Positions 22,740-37,100 of a stretch of 64,000 nucleotides of DNA are shown here, in pieces. The stretch is taken from positions 1 through 64,000 of the forward strand of contig VJWM01000025.1 in the NCBI GenBank assembly GCA_010909165.1, written 5' to 3'. This DNA comes from Anthoceros angustus (lineage: Eukaryota; Plantae; Anthocerotophyta). Below the pieces are notes generated by a model. That model was not told the origin of the DNA, searched no databases, and was given only the letters and a program-made list of their open reading frames with translations. A program made the position numbers and the translations under genes. The stretch's first letter is position 1, and each line of letters starts with the position of its first letter.

Positions 22740-25700
22740 TGATAACCAGCGTAACGAGCAATCATCGAAGAGCCTTTCTGGATATCCTCTAGTGTTACCC
22801 AAATCGGTATTGAGATCCCACGCAACTTCACCATGTATTGTGGTAGAGGTCCACGTTTCGTAGCCACGCTACCTTATGCAAGGAATTCTTCAATCTCCCG
22901 CAGGCCTTGATCATGCTGCACGAGGATACTGTACTTCTTCCTGTCCATGTCCTCTTTCTCTTGCTCGCAAATGGCTTCGATTGATACATGAAACACATTG
23001 TGTGCAAAAATCCAACAGTAAGTCCAACTTATAAGCGACTTCTCCAATGCGCTCAGGACAACATAAGGACCTCCATACTTTGGCCTCAACTTTAGAGACA
23101 AACCTTGGGGCGTGTGAAATGCTTCAATTTCACCCAAACCTTATCCCCAACATTGAAGATGCTTTCTCGTGCTTATCAAGATATCTCTTGACGTTTGAGC
23201 CTTGGCTAATATCTTTTGGCAATCTCATGCCTAGCCTTCAACCGCTCAACAAATTGGCGTGGATCTCCGTGGTAGTATCGAAAACTTCAGATTTAGCATG
23301 GATACTACATCCTACCGAGTTCCACTCATCTCAAAGGGACTATATCCCAGGGAGCTATGTACTGTGTTATTGTAACAAAACTCCGCATCATCAAGATGAT
23401 CAGCCCAATCTCTCTGATCAATCTGCACATAGTGCCTCAAGTATTCTTCTTGGATTCGGTTGACTCGCTCTGTTAACCCATCAGTATCTGGATGGTATGC
23501 AGTACTCATGCATAACTGCACATTCAAACTTCTCATCAAGTGTTGCCAAAATTCTCCTGTGAATCTTGGATCTCTATCACTCACAATCTGCACGGGCAAG
23601 CCATGATACTTGTACACATACTTCTTGAACAAGTTGGCTGCCTCAGAAGCGTCACTCGCTTCTTGGTGGGGATGAAGTGCGCTTGTGTGAACCTATCCAC
23701 CGTCATGATAGTATATAACCATTATCGGGAGGCAAAGGCATGATGAAGTCCATAGAAATACTTTTCCATGGCCCTCTTGGAATAGGTAGGGCTGAACAAA
23801 CCTCTTGGTTTAGCCTGTTTCTACCTTATCCTCGACAAAAGACACGCACGACATAGTCTAATGTATCTTGATACATTCCTCACAACTTCTTCAACTTCTC
23901 ATAAGTTGAATCACCTCCACGACCAAAGACTTGGCACATCATGACATTGAAGTAACTTCTTCTTCAAGCCTACAGAGTTAGGAATCACAACTCTCTCGCT
24001 TGTATATCAACAAACCATCTCTGAGTTTAAACTTGCTTCCTTTCTCGCCACCCCATTCATCCACCGCACTTGATCTTGCGAGATAAGCTTCCTTAATCTC
24101 TTTGTGAGTATCCACAGGCTCAATCACAGTTGCCATTGCCTTCAGGCCTAGACTGTTTGCGACTCAACGCATCTACAACCTTATTCTCCTTTCCGTTTGT
24201 ATTTGAGTCACATCATACATAGCTAGGAATCACGCCATCTAGCTTGCCTCGCATTCAACTTCAATTGGTTGGAGAAGTATATCGATATTATCGATTATAC
24301 ACAAAAGACCTACCCAAGAGATAGTGCCTCCAAGCCTTTACATGGATGATCATTTCCTTCTCATAGGTGGGATACTTCATCTCATAAGGATGCAACTTCC
24401 TTGACTCAAAAGCTAACGGCTTTTGGTCCCGCATCAAAACTCCACCTATAGCCATGTCCGAGGCATCACAATACACTTCTACATCTTTCTTGGGGTCATA
24501 CATTCCCAACACGAGTAGTACTCAACTTTTCTTCAAGTATTCAAAGGTCTTGACAATCAAGATCCCACTTCCAAGCTTTTGATGTCTTCAAGAGGTCGTT
24601 ATGGGGCTATCTTAGCAAACATATGTACAAACCTCATACGTAAGCCAAACCCATAAAGCTAACCTCATGAATGTTCCGAGGTGCCAATCTTGAATGGCTT
24701 TAACTTTATCAGATCCATCCGATGCCCTCAGAGACAATAAAACCTAAGAATGGAATCTGTCTTGAAAAATCACACTTCTTGATTGCCAAGAACAAAGAAT
24801 TCTCTCTTAGCTTTTGTAACACTTCTCTTAAGTGTTGACATGTTCCTCAAGGTATGGCTAAAGATCAAAATGTCATCCGGATAGATTACAACACACTTGT
24901 CCACGGATCTATGAATATAGTATTCATAAGTATGCGAAATGTGGCGGTGCATTAGTAAGTCCAAATGGCATGATTCAAAAGCCCCATACACCGGTCCTAC
25001 AATGTTTTGTACTCATGCCCTCGGCAATCCGATAGTACCGCCATCGGATCCGGCTTGGTGAAATACTTGGCACCCTTCAACTGTTCAAACATATCATCCA
25101 TTCTAGGCAAAGGATATGCATTCTTGATTGTAATCGATTCAGCTCGTAATCCGGACACAATCGAGTCCTCCATTCTTTTGCGTGAACAATACGGGCGCAC
25201 CAAAGGAGACTTAGAAACTCGACATATCCCTTTGCCAGGTTGGATAGTTGTCGCTGAGTTCTTGCAACTCATCCTGACAATCTATACGGTGCTCTTGAAG
25301 GAGGCGTACTCCGGCTTCAATTCAATCTCATGATCTGCCTCATCGGCTCATGTACTACTTCTTTTGGGATGTCTTTCACCTCTGTGGAATCTTCTTCTAG
25401 ACCATCCTCTAGTCCTTGGAGTACAACTAAGTATAGCTCCTTCTTTTCCCGAGATCCTTCTTAAGCTCTCTTTTGAAATCAACATCTTGATGGAGTCTCA
25501 AGCTTACAGCTAACACTAGCACAACTCACCTTGTGCTTCTGGATATCTCAATAGTGCGAGACTTAACATCCATATACACTTCATTGGATCTCATCCACTC
25601 CGGGCCTAAGATGATATCATGGTCATCCATCTCGACATTGTGAAACTCTCATTTCCTTGCCATGCTTCAACTTGCAGCTTTACTCCATGCAATTCACCCG

Positions 25701-26805
25701 AAGTGCGAGTCCCTTTAGCTTGCTTGATTCCATATGGCGTGGAAGTTTATCCATTCAAGACCAAGCTCTCTTGCCTTACTAGGAGTTATAAAATTGTGGG
25801 TGGTGCAGAATCCAACAACAACTCTACATCTAAGCCATTCATCTTCCCACATATATACATGAGATCTCCACCTTTCCTCATTATAGTGTCATCCTTGACA
25901 CTAGATGACTCACCACATGTCTTCACAACATGTGGCCCCTGGCGTCACCTGGGCTCCTCAGGAAGTTCTTGAATCCTGGCTCTTGGAACAGGTGGATTGG
26001 CAGCAAGCAAATTCAAGTTGGGAGCTCCAACATGTGGACAATTCCTAGCAAAGTGTCCCTGTTCTCCGCAACTGTAACACACACCTGAGCTAGGCACTAT
26101 TCGTCGTCTTCCACGACCCCTGTTATCTCCTCTAGCTCGGCCTCTACCAGTAGTCTCATTGGTTCCACTATTCATAGTGGTGGTAGCTCGTCCTCTCCCT
26201 CTAGATCTACCCTGAGACCTAGGATATCTTCCTCTTGATACGGTGCCTCTTGAATAAACATATCATAGCATCTGCTGCTGCCATGGCCTCTTGCAGTGTT
26301 TGAGGATTAGTCAAAGCTATCCTATTTTGAACCCATCTCTTAAGGCCAGTGATAAACTTGTGGAGTTTGTCCTGCTCATGCATCTATGGACATTGCAAGA
26401 CAACAGAGCTAAACTCACTCACATACTCCCGCAAAGTTCCAGTATGCTTGACATTGTCGAGCATCCTTCGCGCCAAACTCGTTGCATTAGCGGGTTGGAA
26501 ATGGAGTTGCAGCACTTGCTTGAAGTCTACCCATGTGAAGATTATGGCTCTGCGATTGCCTTGCCTTACGCTCTCAACGTAACTCCTCCACCAAGTAAGA
26601 GCATAATCCTCTAAGAAATTCGTGACATGCTTTAGGTACTCATCTTTGCGGCTCCATGATTGTATGCTTCAAAGAAAACCAAGAGCTGATTTTCTCTACA
26701 TCGCCTTTAAGTCTTTGGGGCTGTGTGCTCGGCCTCAACTTCTTAGACTTTTGGCGGGGTTGCTCAGAACTCGGGCCCACTTCTTCCGGCTCTTCTTCAA
26801 CGAGC
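22740..26805 (-). pseudogene. Degenerate Gypsy gag-pol: gag, CCHC knuckle, protease, RT, RNase H, integrase, chromodomain
   Basis: CYSCGEQGHFARNC; LLDS; [22 protein letters not shown]; VIYPDDILIFS; YCDASDMAIGGVL..LAFESRKL; HGLPVQIVSDRDPRF..STAYHPDTDGLTERVN; KLRPKYGGPY; EIEEFL..QYMVK..W. Confidence 0.92.
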
Positions 26806-27059
26806 TCAAGGATCGTGTAGCACATGATGGTGGAAAGAGGAGAGGAGAGGAGGTGGTGTAGCTCTCTTACATTGAGATGAGGCTTGGAGGGTATTTATAC
26901 CCTCCATTATAGGCCCCACAAGAAGCTCCACAAGAAGCTCCTAGGAAGGAGCACAAGAAGCTTCCTAGTGATTAGCTTGCTAAACTAATGATACTTAATC
27001 GACACCTAACTTAGACTAAGTGTATTAGTCTAAGTACATTGGGCTTTAATACCCTTACA
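26806..27059 (-). repeat. Copia 3' LTR (contains the 11-bp hairpin acttagactaa/ttagtctaagt)
   Basis: Near-identical to 56008-56252; ends ...cccttaca. Confidence 0.9.
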
Positions 27060-27099
27060 ACCTCCCACTTAAAGGCCAATTTACCTCAGAGAATGGACT

Positions 27100-28171
27100 A
27101 TCTCATGCCCATCGTTGTCCGAGCTTGTGCAAATTGTCCGTAGAGAGTCCCTTGGTAAGAATATCTCAGGTTCGGGTGTGAACCTTGACAAGTTGTACCT
27201 CTTGTCATCCAACACCTCTCGAATGAAGTGATATCACATCCACATGTTTAGTCTTCGCATGAAACATCGGATTCTTTGCCAATTGATAGCACTGCTATCA
27301 CAATGCAACAACAAACAACCTTGATCCCCAAGTCTCCCACTAAACGAGCAAGCCATATGGCTTCCTTGCAAGCCTGTCGCAACATACTCGGCCTGTGGTA
27401 GATAGCGAATGCACGATCGCAAACGAGATCGCCATGAGATCGCCTCCAAAGGCACATGAAGACATAACGATGTGGACCTCCTTTGTCCATATCCTCGATA
27501 ATCAGATCTGGTACCCAACCACATGCATCTTCACTACCAAAACATATGCACAAAGCTTTTGTACCATTCAGATACCTCATAACTCCTTTTATCGCCTCCC
27601 AATGCTTCTTGCCGTGGTTTGACATAAACTCGCTAACCACTCCCACCGCAAAGGCAATGTCGACGTAGCAATCATTGCATACATCAAACTCCCTACATGA
27701 TGAGTATGGGACCTTCTCCATTTCAGCTTTTGTCCTCCTCGTAGCTTGGGCAATCCGCTTGAAAGTTTCACATATGGAGGCAATGGAGTACCCAATGGCT
27801 TCTTCTCCATGTTGAAACGTTGAAGCACCCTATTAATGTATTCCGTCTCGAGACAAATAAAGCGGAGCTTATGCATTCCGCGAATCGCATGCCAAGTATA
27901 TGGCTCGCCTCTCCCAAGTCTGTCATTAAAGTGAGCATTCAACTTTGACTTCAACGAAATCTCATCACTGCTTTGAAGCATAGCATATCATGCACATACA
28001 GGATCAAAATGAGCAAGCTTTGACCCTTAGCTTGCTTTGTATAGAGACAATGATCCTCTTCGCTACGTTCGTAGCCTTGAGAAAGCATAAATGAGTGGAA
28101 CTTGTGATACCACTCTCTGGGTGCCTGTTTCAAACCATAAAGGCTCTTCCTCAACCTGCACACCAGATGCT
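27100..28171 (-). pseudogene. Copia RT 3' part and RNase H
   Basis: HLVCRLRKSLYGLKQAPREWY; LILYVHDML; VGSLMYAM; KHWEAIKGVMRYLNGT; ISWRS; EAIWLARL; LHCDS. Confidence 0.92.
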
Positions 28172-31100
28172 TGTGGTTTGGGAAAACCCGGGGCACTCCC
28201 GAGGTCCTCCCACTATAGCGGCCACACTTATCCCCAGCCTTACGTCGTTGGGTTTCGTCCCATGAGACTTGTGTGAAAGTTCGAGGCCTTGTGATCCGAT
28301 CGCTACTGCGGAGACACAACTTCTCGCCTTCTAAACAAGCAAGGCGCCTCTACTCTCCCTCTTCTGGCAGTGCACCACTTGCACCGCTCAAAAATCGCCA
28401 ATCCTCGACCTAGCGACACAACACAATTGCGAGTCACCTCGGCGAGCCTATCACGGGCGCCAGGGACCCCAGTCCACACCGCGATTTCGTCCCTACTTCT
28501 AAGACCACTCTTCTCCACTCGGGGCGCTCTTTTACTTGCAGTTGGGATTCGTCCCTTAGGCTCACTGTGGCCTTCCACTAACACCTACACCTCTAATCCT
28601 CTACTCATCTTCTCATCTTCTCAACCTCTTCCTCCTATTCTAACCTCGATTCGGGCTTCTTGGTTTGACTCGCCCTTACGGCTGGCTGCACAGGGTCGGC
28701 CTCCACCAGCAAGTTCTTCCTTGGGCGGTTGCTATGAGTTTGACACACGGTGAGAACCTCCAGTCTTTCCTGTAGTCTACCCTCAAGGAGTTCACAGGCA
28801 TTGCCACACACCCAAAGCAAAGCAATTTCACGGCAACCATTCACAAGGGGAGCAACTCGTTTAGGCACTTGCAGAGCAAGTCCTCCACCAAGCACTCCGA
28901 CCACGACTTCCTCTCAGACTGCGTTGGCTCACGGCACGAAATTCCTCTGTAATGGCAAAGGACTCGATGAGGGTGGGCGCAAGACATGATACTTTACTTT
29001 GTGAAATCCTCCTCCTCTTATAGGAGGCCTTCCACATACAACCTCCCTTGGGTGACCCTCTGCGGTCACCTTTTCCAATTTTCTATTATTTCCTACACTT
29101 GACATTTAATGCACCTAAATCTATTACGATCCTTGGTAAATTCTATTCTAGTAACTTCACCTAAGTCATCCTTGAAGGATGTCGTTACATCACCTATCCT
29201 TCTATTCTTCTATCTAGCATTTATGGTCATTGACCATTCTAGTCTTCACCTATTTGGGGTGGGGCATGTCTTGTGGATTGGCTCCTCGCCTCCTTTTGCT
29301 CTTGCCCCTTCCCTTTGTCCTTCCTAATGTGTGGGGCAAGTACAATCTTGCCCTTCCTCCATCTCCAGCGCCTGGATTCCGGTCCCCGGCAATCGCGCCC
29401 CGCGCTCTTTCTTCCTCTCCGCTGGTGGCCCGTTCATCGCACCCTACGCGGTGATCAGCGGACTAAAGGTGGTGACTTCTGGTAGTGATGCGCCCTATCT
29501 CCTTCTTTCTCCATCTGCTTCCTCTTGGGTTGGATCTTCATTGCTCTTCCTCTGTTTGATTTGTCCATACCTATCATGAGCATTAAATTCTTCCCCCCAT
29601 CTGGTGCTAACTCTCGGGCCCTTTTGCGTTGGTCTCCTCCCACAGCCTGGCTCCTCCCCTTCAGGTGGGGAGGTTCTCACCCTCCCCTTCCTCGGGGTGG
29701 ACCGTCCGTCTCTCTCCTCCGGTGGGGTTGTCTCCCACCACCTCTCTCCTCCAGGGGTATACTCGGACCCCGGCTCCTTCATCCTCGGCCGGCCTCGCCC
29801 GACTCCCCAGGCTCACGCCCGGTGATGCAGCGGACTACGGCGTGGTGTCAGTCTACCAGTGATGGCGGACTACGTGGTGGTGGTCACCTCGTGGTAGGTT
29901 GACCCCGGAGGTGGGCTTTCCCCCCTCCTTGCTCTCATCTTCTCCTTCCTCGGCCGCTCCTCTCCGACTCCTCAGTTCCTCGGAGTCCATTTCGATGGCC
30001 TCATCAAAATCGGAGGCCTCTGCACATGCGGCTCCTTCGTCATCATCATGAGGACCCAATGTCCTCCTCTTGGCCAAACGCAAGATCTCATTGTTGGCCT
30101 TCAAAATCTGTGTGGAGGTGAGCCCCAAGCTATGATATTGCATTTGGAGATCATCAATCTCGTGGGCCACTCTCCATCTTCACACCTACCTTGTAGGCGT
30201 CCCTTGAGGTGGTCAATTCCCCACCTTGACATGGAGGTCACATTCTCCTCCTCACTTCCTTTTGGTTGGCCAATTTTGCTCAAGGGCATAGTCCGCCCAA
30301 AATCGCTTCTCACCACCATTGTGCACCACCTTCTTGTGGCGCTCCTCCTCTTGGAACCTCCTTTGTTCCAATTTATTCTTGGCAAGTCTTTCCTTCTCCA
30401 CTTGCCACTCTTCCTCCGCTCAATTCTTGTTTGGTCTTGAGCCTGCTCGCGCTCTCCTCCAAATTGAACTGTCCTTCTCTTCTTCCATGTCCGGATCTTG
30501 ATGGCTTGGTAGCCATCACCCATCTTGTCCAATTCTTTGGACCGCTATCTTCTCCCTAGAGCCTCTGTTTTGCCCTTTCGTCTTGCTCTAATTGGGCAAA
30601 ATGCTCCTCCCTTTGTCCATGAATCCCGTTGGGTGGTTGCCGAATGGCTCTTTCTTGACTGCGACAACCTTCCCTCAGGACCTTCTCGCGCTCATCCATG
30701 AGGTCGCGTTGGAGCTTCTCTGACCTTTTCCTTGGCTGCCTTTCATCGGACTCCATGGCCTCCAATTGCCATTTGGTCCTGCCTTCCTCCGGCCATGTCT
30801 TGGGCCTTCACTTCCTCTTGCATGCCCACAAGGAGGCTGCTAGGTCCTAGCCCCTTCAAATCCACGGTGAGTGCTTCACAAGCACCAGCAATTCTCCTAG
30901 GGGTCCTAATTCCACCCTCTCTTCTTCTTCTTGGAAATTTCCAGCTCTCCACCTCTCGGGCCATCGCCGGGCGGTCCCTTCCGTCGCTCCATCCGCTCTC
31001 CCCGGTAGCGGAGATGGTGGCCTCGGCGCCGCGCGCCTCGTGCTTCTCCTTCCGAGAGCCTGCTTTGCCCTTTCGTCTTGCTCTAATTGGGCAAAATGCT

Positions 31101-34100
31101 CCGCCTTGCTCCATGAGTCCTGGGTTGTTGGTCGAATGGCTCTCTTCCCTTCCCTTCTAGACTTCTCCGCTACCGCTCATCCATGAGGTCGCTGGAGCTT
31201 CTACCCAGCTTCGCTTTTCATCGGACTCCATGGCCTCCAATTGCCACTTGGTCCCCGCTTCCTCCGCCATGTCTTGGGATTTCCTCCTCTTGGCATGCCC
31301 ACAAGGAGGCTGCTAGGTCCCTAGCCCCTTCAAATCCACGGTGAGTGCTTCACAAGCACCCAAAGAATTCTCCTAGGGGTCCTAATTCCACCCTCCGCCT
31401 TCTTGCCGGAAATTTCCAGCTCTCGCACTTCGGCCATCGGGGGGTCCCTTCACTGCCGCTCCATCCGCCTCCCACCGCGGAGATGGTGGCCTCGGCGCCG
31501 CGCGCTCACTGCTTCTCTTCCCTTCCGCCAGAGGCTGCCCGCCAGGCGGGGTGCCTCCACCGGTAGGTCGCTCCCACTGTGGTAGTCCGCCTACCTACCA
31601 TGGTGGTGGCGCCTACAGTGATGCCCACCCTTGGGTGGCGCCTCCCTCTGGGTAGTGCGGGTGCCTCTCTCGTAGGCACAAATGAGATGGTGGGGACTCC
31701 CCACCCTTGGGGCATCACCCCTCTGTAGTCCTTCTCTCATAGACTACCATTCGGCCTTCGGCGGTTCTTCTCCCTTGCTTGCTCACTGTGGGGAAAGATT
31801 CCCACTAACCTTGTTGCCTCCATCTCCTCTTGCTTCTAGCATGCTTGTGGAGTCGACCTCCCGTCTTCTCAATGCAAAAGGCAAAGGCCTTTCCAACTCG
31901 GCTGGAGATGGATGACCTCAAAGGATGCCATGCATCTTCAAGCTCCTTGCTTGTGAGAAGTCCCTCGGTTTCCCATAAATGCACCAAATAGGTGCTAAGG
32001 TAGCGAGGGGCCTTCCTTCCTCATCCACCGAATTTGGCTTGAGGAGCTTCTCTGGTGGATGTACGCTTCATACATGATGGTTCCCCAATCGGCTTGGCTC
32101 CCATGGAAATCTTCCACAAAATTGGAGGAAGTTGGTCTTTGAAATAAGAAGTGCGTTGGTAATTTACCAACCCGGCACAATCTTTGCGAAGAGCCTCCAC
32201 TTGACTCCTTGATGCTCTCTTCCTCCGGCCATTCTTGGCGTGGGCCTTCACTCCTCCATCCATCATGTCGAGAATTCTTGCGGAATATCGGAGATGTCCT
32301 CTTCCCTCCATTTGACCTTTCGAGGAGAGCAATTCCAGAGCTCTCTTCCTCCGGTCTCCGTACACCTGTCGAATGCTCCTTACGGTCCAGCGGGATCCGT
32401 TCAGCATTCCCTTCCGTGTAGCGGCGAGGCTGCTTCCGATTGATGGAGGTTGATGTAACACTCCTCAATCAATTCCAAATTGGTGTAGGCCCATTGGCGC
32501 CATACACCCATCCTAATTGGATGTTGTCTTCGCCCAGAAAATCCACTAGATCCACAGGGTTGGGCCACCAAAAGCACGTAAATTGAGGCATTAAAAGTTC
32601 GCCTCACGGCGATCCCTCCACCCTTGTTGCCCTTTTCCCTTCGAGGAGGAACCTTTGGCGGTGGCTCCTTCTTCTTGCCTTTCCCTTTCGAGGAGGAACC
32701 TTTGGCAGGTGGCTCCTTCTTCTTGCCCTTTCCTGCTCGAGGCATGGCGATGCCTTCCTTTCCAAACGCTGCTAGGGGAGTAAATTACCTCCCAACTGGC
32801 AACCTCAAGACTTTGTTCTCAACGCTCCTTCTTCTCAAGTCCGGCAGCAAAACCTTTCTTAACACCCAATTTCAACGTTAGGCTTGGTGATGCTTCCCAG
32901 CTGTTGCAACTTTTCTTCGCGATTTCTTCTTCGAGACGCACCGGCCACATGGTCCTCGCTCGCTCTCAATTTTCTTATCCTTGCGCGCTTCAAGTGCCCT
33001 GGGCCAGTGCCTCCGCTCTGTCGACTCAGATTCGTGACACTGGCGCTCTCCCATGTATCTGAGGCTTGGAGGTCTCAATGCCTCGAATGTTTGGCGCTTT
33101 CCTCTTCTCCAAGTGCTTCAAGGAAGGAATTACTTTCAATTGGAGTTTCAAACTCCACTCCTAAACACACTCCTTCCACGGTTGTGGCAACAACACTCAC
33201 TCGCAATACACGTTAGCTCCGGCTTAAGTTCTCCATTCGCCAATCTCTTCTCCGTGGTCCTTCTTAGGCGGGGCCGCATTGTTCACGCTCTTCGCCTCAA
33301 TCTTTCAGCCACAGCACTTTGAGTGCGGCGCCTTTCTGGCTCCGCTCCACACCTTCTTCTTCAATAACCCGAGACGTGTGAAGAGCTCTTCCTCTTCTTC
33401 GCGGCTTTCTGCGTTTTTTACCGGTCGCTCGCGCCTCGTGGTTGGGTCCGGTTCTTCCTTTATGAAGCGCGCGCAGCCTTGCCTCGCTCCCAGCCTGCTC
33501 GCAGTGATGGCAGCTCCCCTCTCCTCGCAGCGATGGTAGCCTTCCTTTCTTTTGCGCTTACGCTCCAATTCCAGCTCCAGCTCTAGCTTGATGCCTCGAT
33601 TCGAAGAGAGTTTCGCTGTACTTTTGCCCTTCTTAGATGTCTGCCACCTGGCGGCTGCACAACCCTAGATTGGGTTCATCATTCCAAAATCTTAATTCTA
33701 TCTAAACTACTTATTTTCCTATCCTGCCCGCTATTCCTAATTAACCGCTTCCTAATTACTCTATATAGCTATTTCCCTATTGTGAGCATATATAGTGGAT
33801 ATCCCCCCCGCTATTCTAATTTCCCTTTTTGGCCGAGACGCCTTCAGCCTACCACGGTAGTCTTACCGCGTAGCCTGCTTTCCTTCTCAGCCTACCGGCT
33901 GTGGTGTGGCAGCCTACGGTGGTAGTCTGCCAGCCTACCAACCCTTCGGACCGCCCTCCTGCCTTATCTGGGGGTCGTTTTGACCCGTTTTTCTTCCTGG
34001 GATATCCCTTTCACTTCCCTAACAATAGTTTACAACTTCAGCTTCAAGATCCTCATAAGTTTTCCTGGCATGCTCTTCCTCAATTGTTTCTAGCCAAAAA

Positions 34101-34162
34101 AAATCAAACTTGTCCATCTTTTGGCCAGTCTGGACCGGTTGCCCAAACTTTTACGTTCCACA
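28172..34162. mobile_element. ~6-kb insertion with TG...CA ends and 5-bp TSD; solo-LTR-like, no gag/pol
   Basis: ATGCT|TGTGG ... CCACA|ATGCT; removing it restores Copia RT ..EKGKEHLVC.. Confidence 0.85.
29853..33570 (-). pseudogene. Degenerate long ORF(s) of unknown function (basic N-terminus, coiled-coil C-terminus) within the 6-kb insertion
   Basis: Chain of minus-strand frames: KGKKKEPP repeats; WRQWAYTNLELIEE; YLVHLWETEGLLT; charged heptad segments ..AHEIDDLQMQYHSLG.. Confidence 0.5.
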
Positions 34163-37100
34163 ATGCTCTTTGCCCTTCTCAACAAAACCTTCTGGTTGCT
34201 GCATGTCCCTACTAGAAAAGGGCACCCTATGTTACACTTTATGTTAAGATTTGGACCCCTGGATGTAACACTCATGTTGCAATTTTGGGGTCATGTAACA
34301 CTTTTTGGGCCCCTTGTTACACTTTGGCTTGGAAACCATACCACGGCCGTTGTTGCAATCATGTTGCAATGGTGTTGCAATTATGTTAAGATGAAGTGAG
34401 AGGTGGTTTTGCCTCTCTCAAAATTGCAACATGATTGCAACATCTAAAGTGTTACAAGAGAGGTCTTGTAACACTTTTGGAGGCTTGGTACCGAACCTCC
34501 TCCCCATCCACTATTCCTTTTACTTTTGCCCTTGCAATACCACGTTTACTTGGTAGTTACCATGTCGCCCTTCAATACGACCATATATAAAATACATCAA
34601 TACATCCTTATACTATACACATGTAGTCTACGATAAATGTAATATATTATTCTAAGTGCTATAAGGCGTATTCAATTTCATATAAAATAAGTTTGTATAC
34701 TATGTATTCCATCGTACCTACATATTCATGATGCATACTATGTATTTACTATACGTGTAAATAGCGCGCTCTTTCTACCCCTACTTTATAGCATCGGCGC
34801 GGTTTGTCCTTCCACGTCACCAATAGCCAGCGGCTTCATAGCCCCCACCTATCACCTTATTGTGACGCATCACGTGAGGTTATGCCCCTACAAGATTGTC
34901 TTTGTGCGGAGGAGTTTTGGTATGCTCGGCTTATGCTTTTACGCCTCCATGTAAGGCACTTCCTACTCGTCATCGTATGCACCCTAAAACTTCCGCCCTC
35001 CGTTCGATTCCCAATTTTCTTCTTCCTCCGCTTGCTCGGAGGCAAGCTTTGCCACTTCTACCGCTTCCCTCCACCGCCTGCACACGTTGCACATACAAAC
35101 CAACATGGCCATCATGAGTTACCCAACGTTAATGGGTGTACCAATCACCAGTGACCATTTGCCTTACCTTCCTCGGTCCCTCCTCGTATCTTACGCCCTT
35201 CTTGGTGGGCATTTCCTCGTCCGTCCTTCTTCTGTCGCGGCCGTGCCCTTATCGCCAGCCGGCCGCCTCTACTCCTCCTCCTCTTTTCCTCTTTCGCGCC
35301 ACCCCTTTATCGCGGTGGCGTTGCCTCAGCGGGCTCCACTATGTAGGTCCATGCTCTCGGCATCGGAGGCTGCAAGATATGTGTCTGCACGAAATTAGGC
35401 ACATCGTCCTCTTGACTGCCTCTTGGATCGTCCACATGTCCATGTCCCCGTCTGTCCCCTTGCCTCGCATCATGCCTTTTGGCCTTTGCAAAGGCGCACG
35501 CATGCCCTCTTGAACCTCCTTCATTCTCTCTCCCCACGACATCGCCTCATGCTAGTGCGCCTTTTGGCCCCGCCCGAGCATGGATGCCGGGTGATCCTTC
35601 TTGTCGTCCCCCCACCCGCTCCTCCTACTCCCCTGCGTTTTGGCTGTCCATAGCACACAAGTGTGTTTCCTCACAGTGACGGATCGGTTGCCCCCTCGTG
35701 GTCCACCACCCGACTCACGCCTCCACACTCATTGTTCACGCCATTCAGCGTCGTCAATCCATCGATCCCAACGGCCTCCACCCTCCGCAAACATGGCGTC
35801 ACCTTGGGTCTCGGGCACTCCTCCACCTCTTCTCCATTGCTTGCTGCCCACGTGACCCTGACCTCTGCCTCCAATCACACCATTCCCATGCGGCTTCCAC
35901 CAAACACAGGCGATCGTGGTGTCGCGGGCACCACAATTTAAATCCTCTTGTCGATCGTTTCCCCTCTGCTGCCTCCCCTCACCTTGCGCCTCGTGCGCGT
36001 GGCCCGTCTCCACTTCACCGCTCTTGTTTCATTCGCCTTTCCCCCTTCCAATACGTGTCGCCTCCTCTCCTCCTCCCCAAGCCCCTTCCGCCATGCATTC
36101 CTTCCTAGCCTCTCCACGTCCACGCCACCACGTGCTGCTCCTCCACCCCTTCCTTCCGTCGCCTCGGAAGGCCACCATATCGGGATCCATCTCCAATTCA
36201 ATGTCATTAAGCAAAATGGTCATTTCCTTGTTCTCCTTGCAATGGCTGAATCTACGGTGTCTTGTCATACACTCCACCTTACCCAGTAGGAACTCGCAGA
36301 ACCCCCACTATCGCGGACCGCCCAGGCGCATGGAAATCCTCTTCAACCTCCCATACTCGCCTCTTCTTCCGTTGGAAACCGCCATCTTGATTCTCAAACC
36401 TCACCACCCAGCCAGACGCCTCCCTTTCCCCATGGGTTTGGACCCATCCCCGTTTTGGCTAGCCTCTCTTTTGCTGCGATTTCGTACTTGATGGCTCAAA
36501 CTTCCGTTCCTCTTCAACTCCATCCGAGCCCATGCAAGTGCATCTTCCCACTCTTCGTCATCCACCATGCTCGGTTTCTTCCCATGTCCTCCCCTCTACC
36601 ATTTCCCCGCTCGCATCTTCCACACATCGAGAATTGCGTGTCCGCGTCATCTGCGAAGTGTCGGCTTATCTTGGACTTGACCACGTGCACCACCGCTGCC
36701 TCCACCCCTTCCTTCCGTCGCCTCGGAAGGCCACCATATCGGATCCATCTCCAATTCAATGTCATTAAGCAAAATGGTCATTTCCTTGTTCTCCTTGCAA
36801 TGGCTGAATCTGTGTGTCTTGTCATACACTCCCGCCTTACCTCAGGAACTCGCAGAACCCCCACTATCGCGGACCGCCCACAGGCGCATGGAAATCGTCC
36901 TCTTCAACCTCCCATACTCGCCTCTTCTTCCGTTGGAAACCGCCATCTTGATTCTCAAACCTCACCACCCAGACGCCTCCCTTTCCCCATGGGTTTGGAC
37001 CCATCCCCGTTTTGGCTAGCCTTTTGCTGCGATTTACTTGATGGCTCAAACTTCCGTTCCTCTTCAACTCCATCCGAGCCCATGCAAGTGCATCTTCCCA

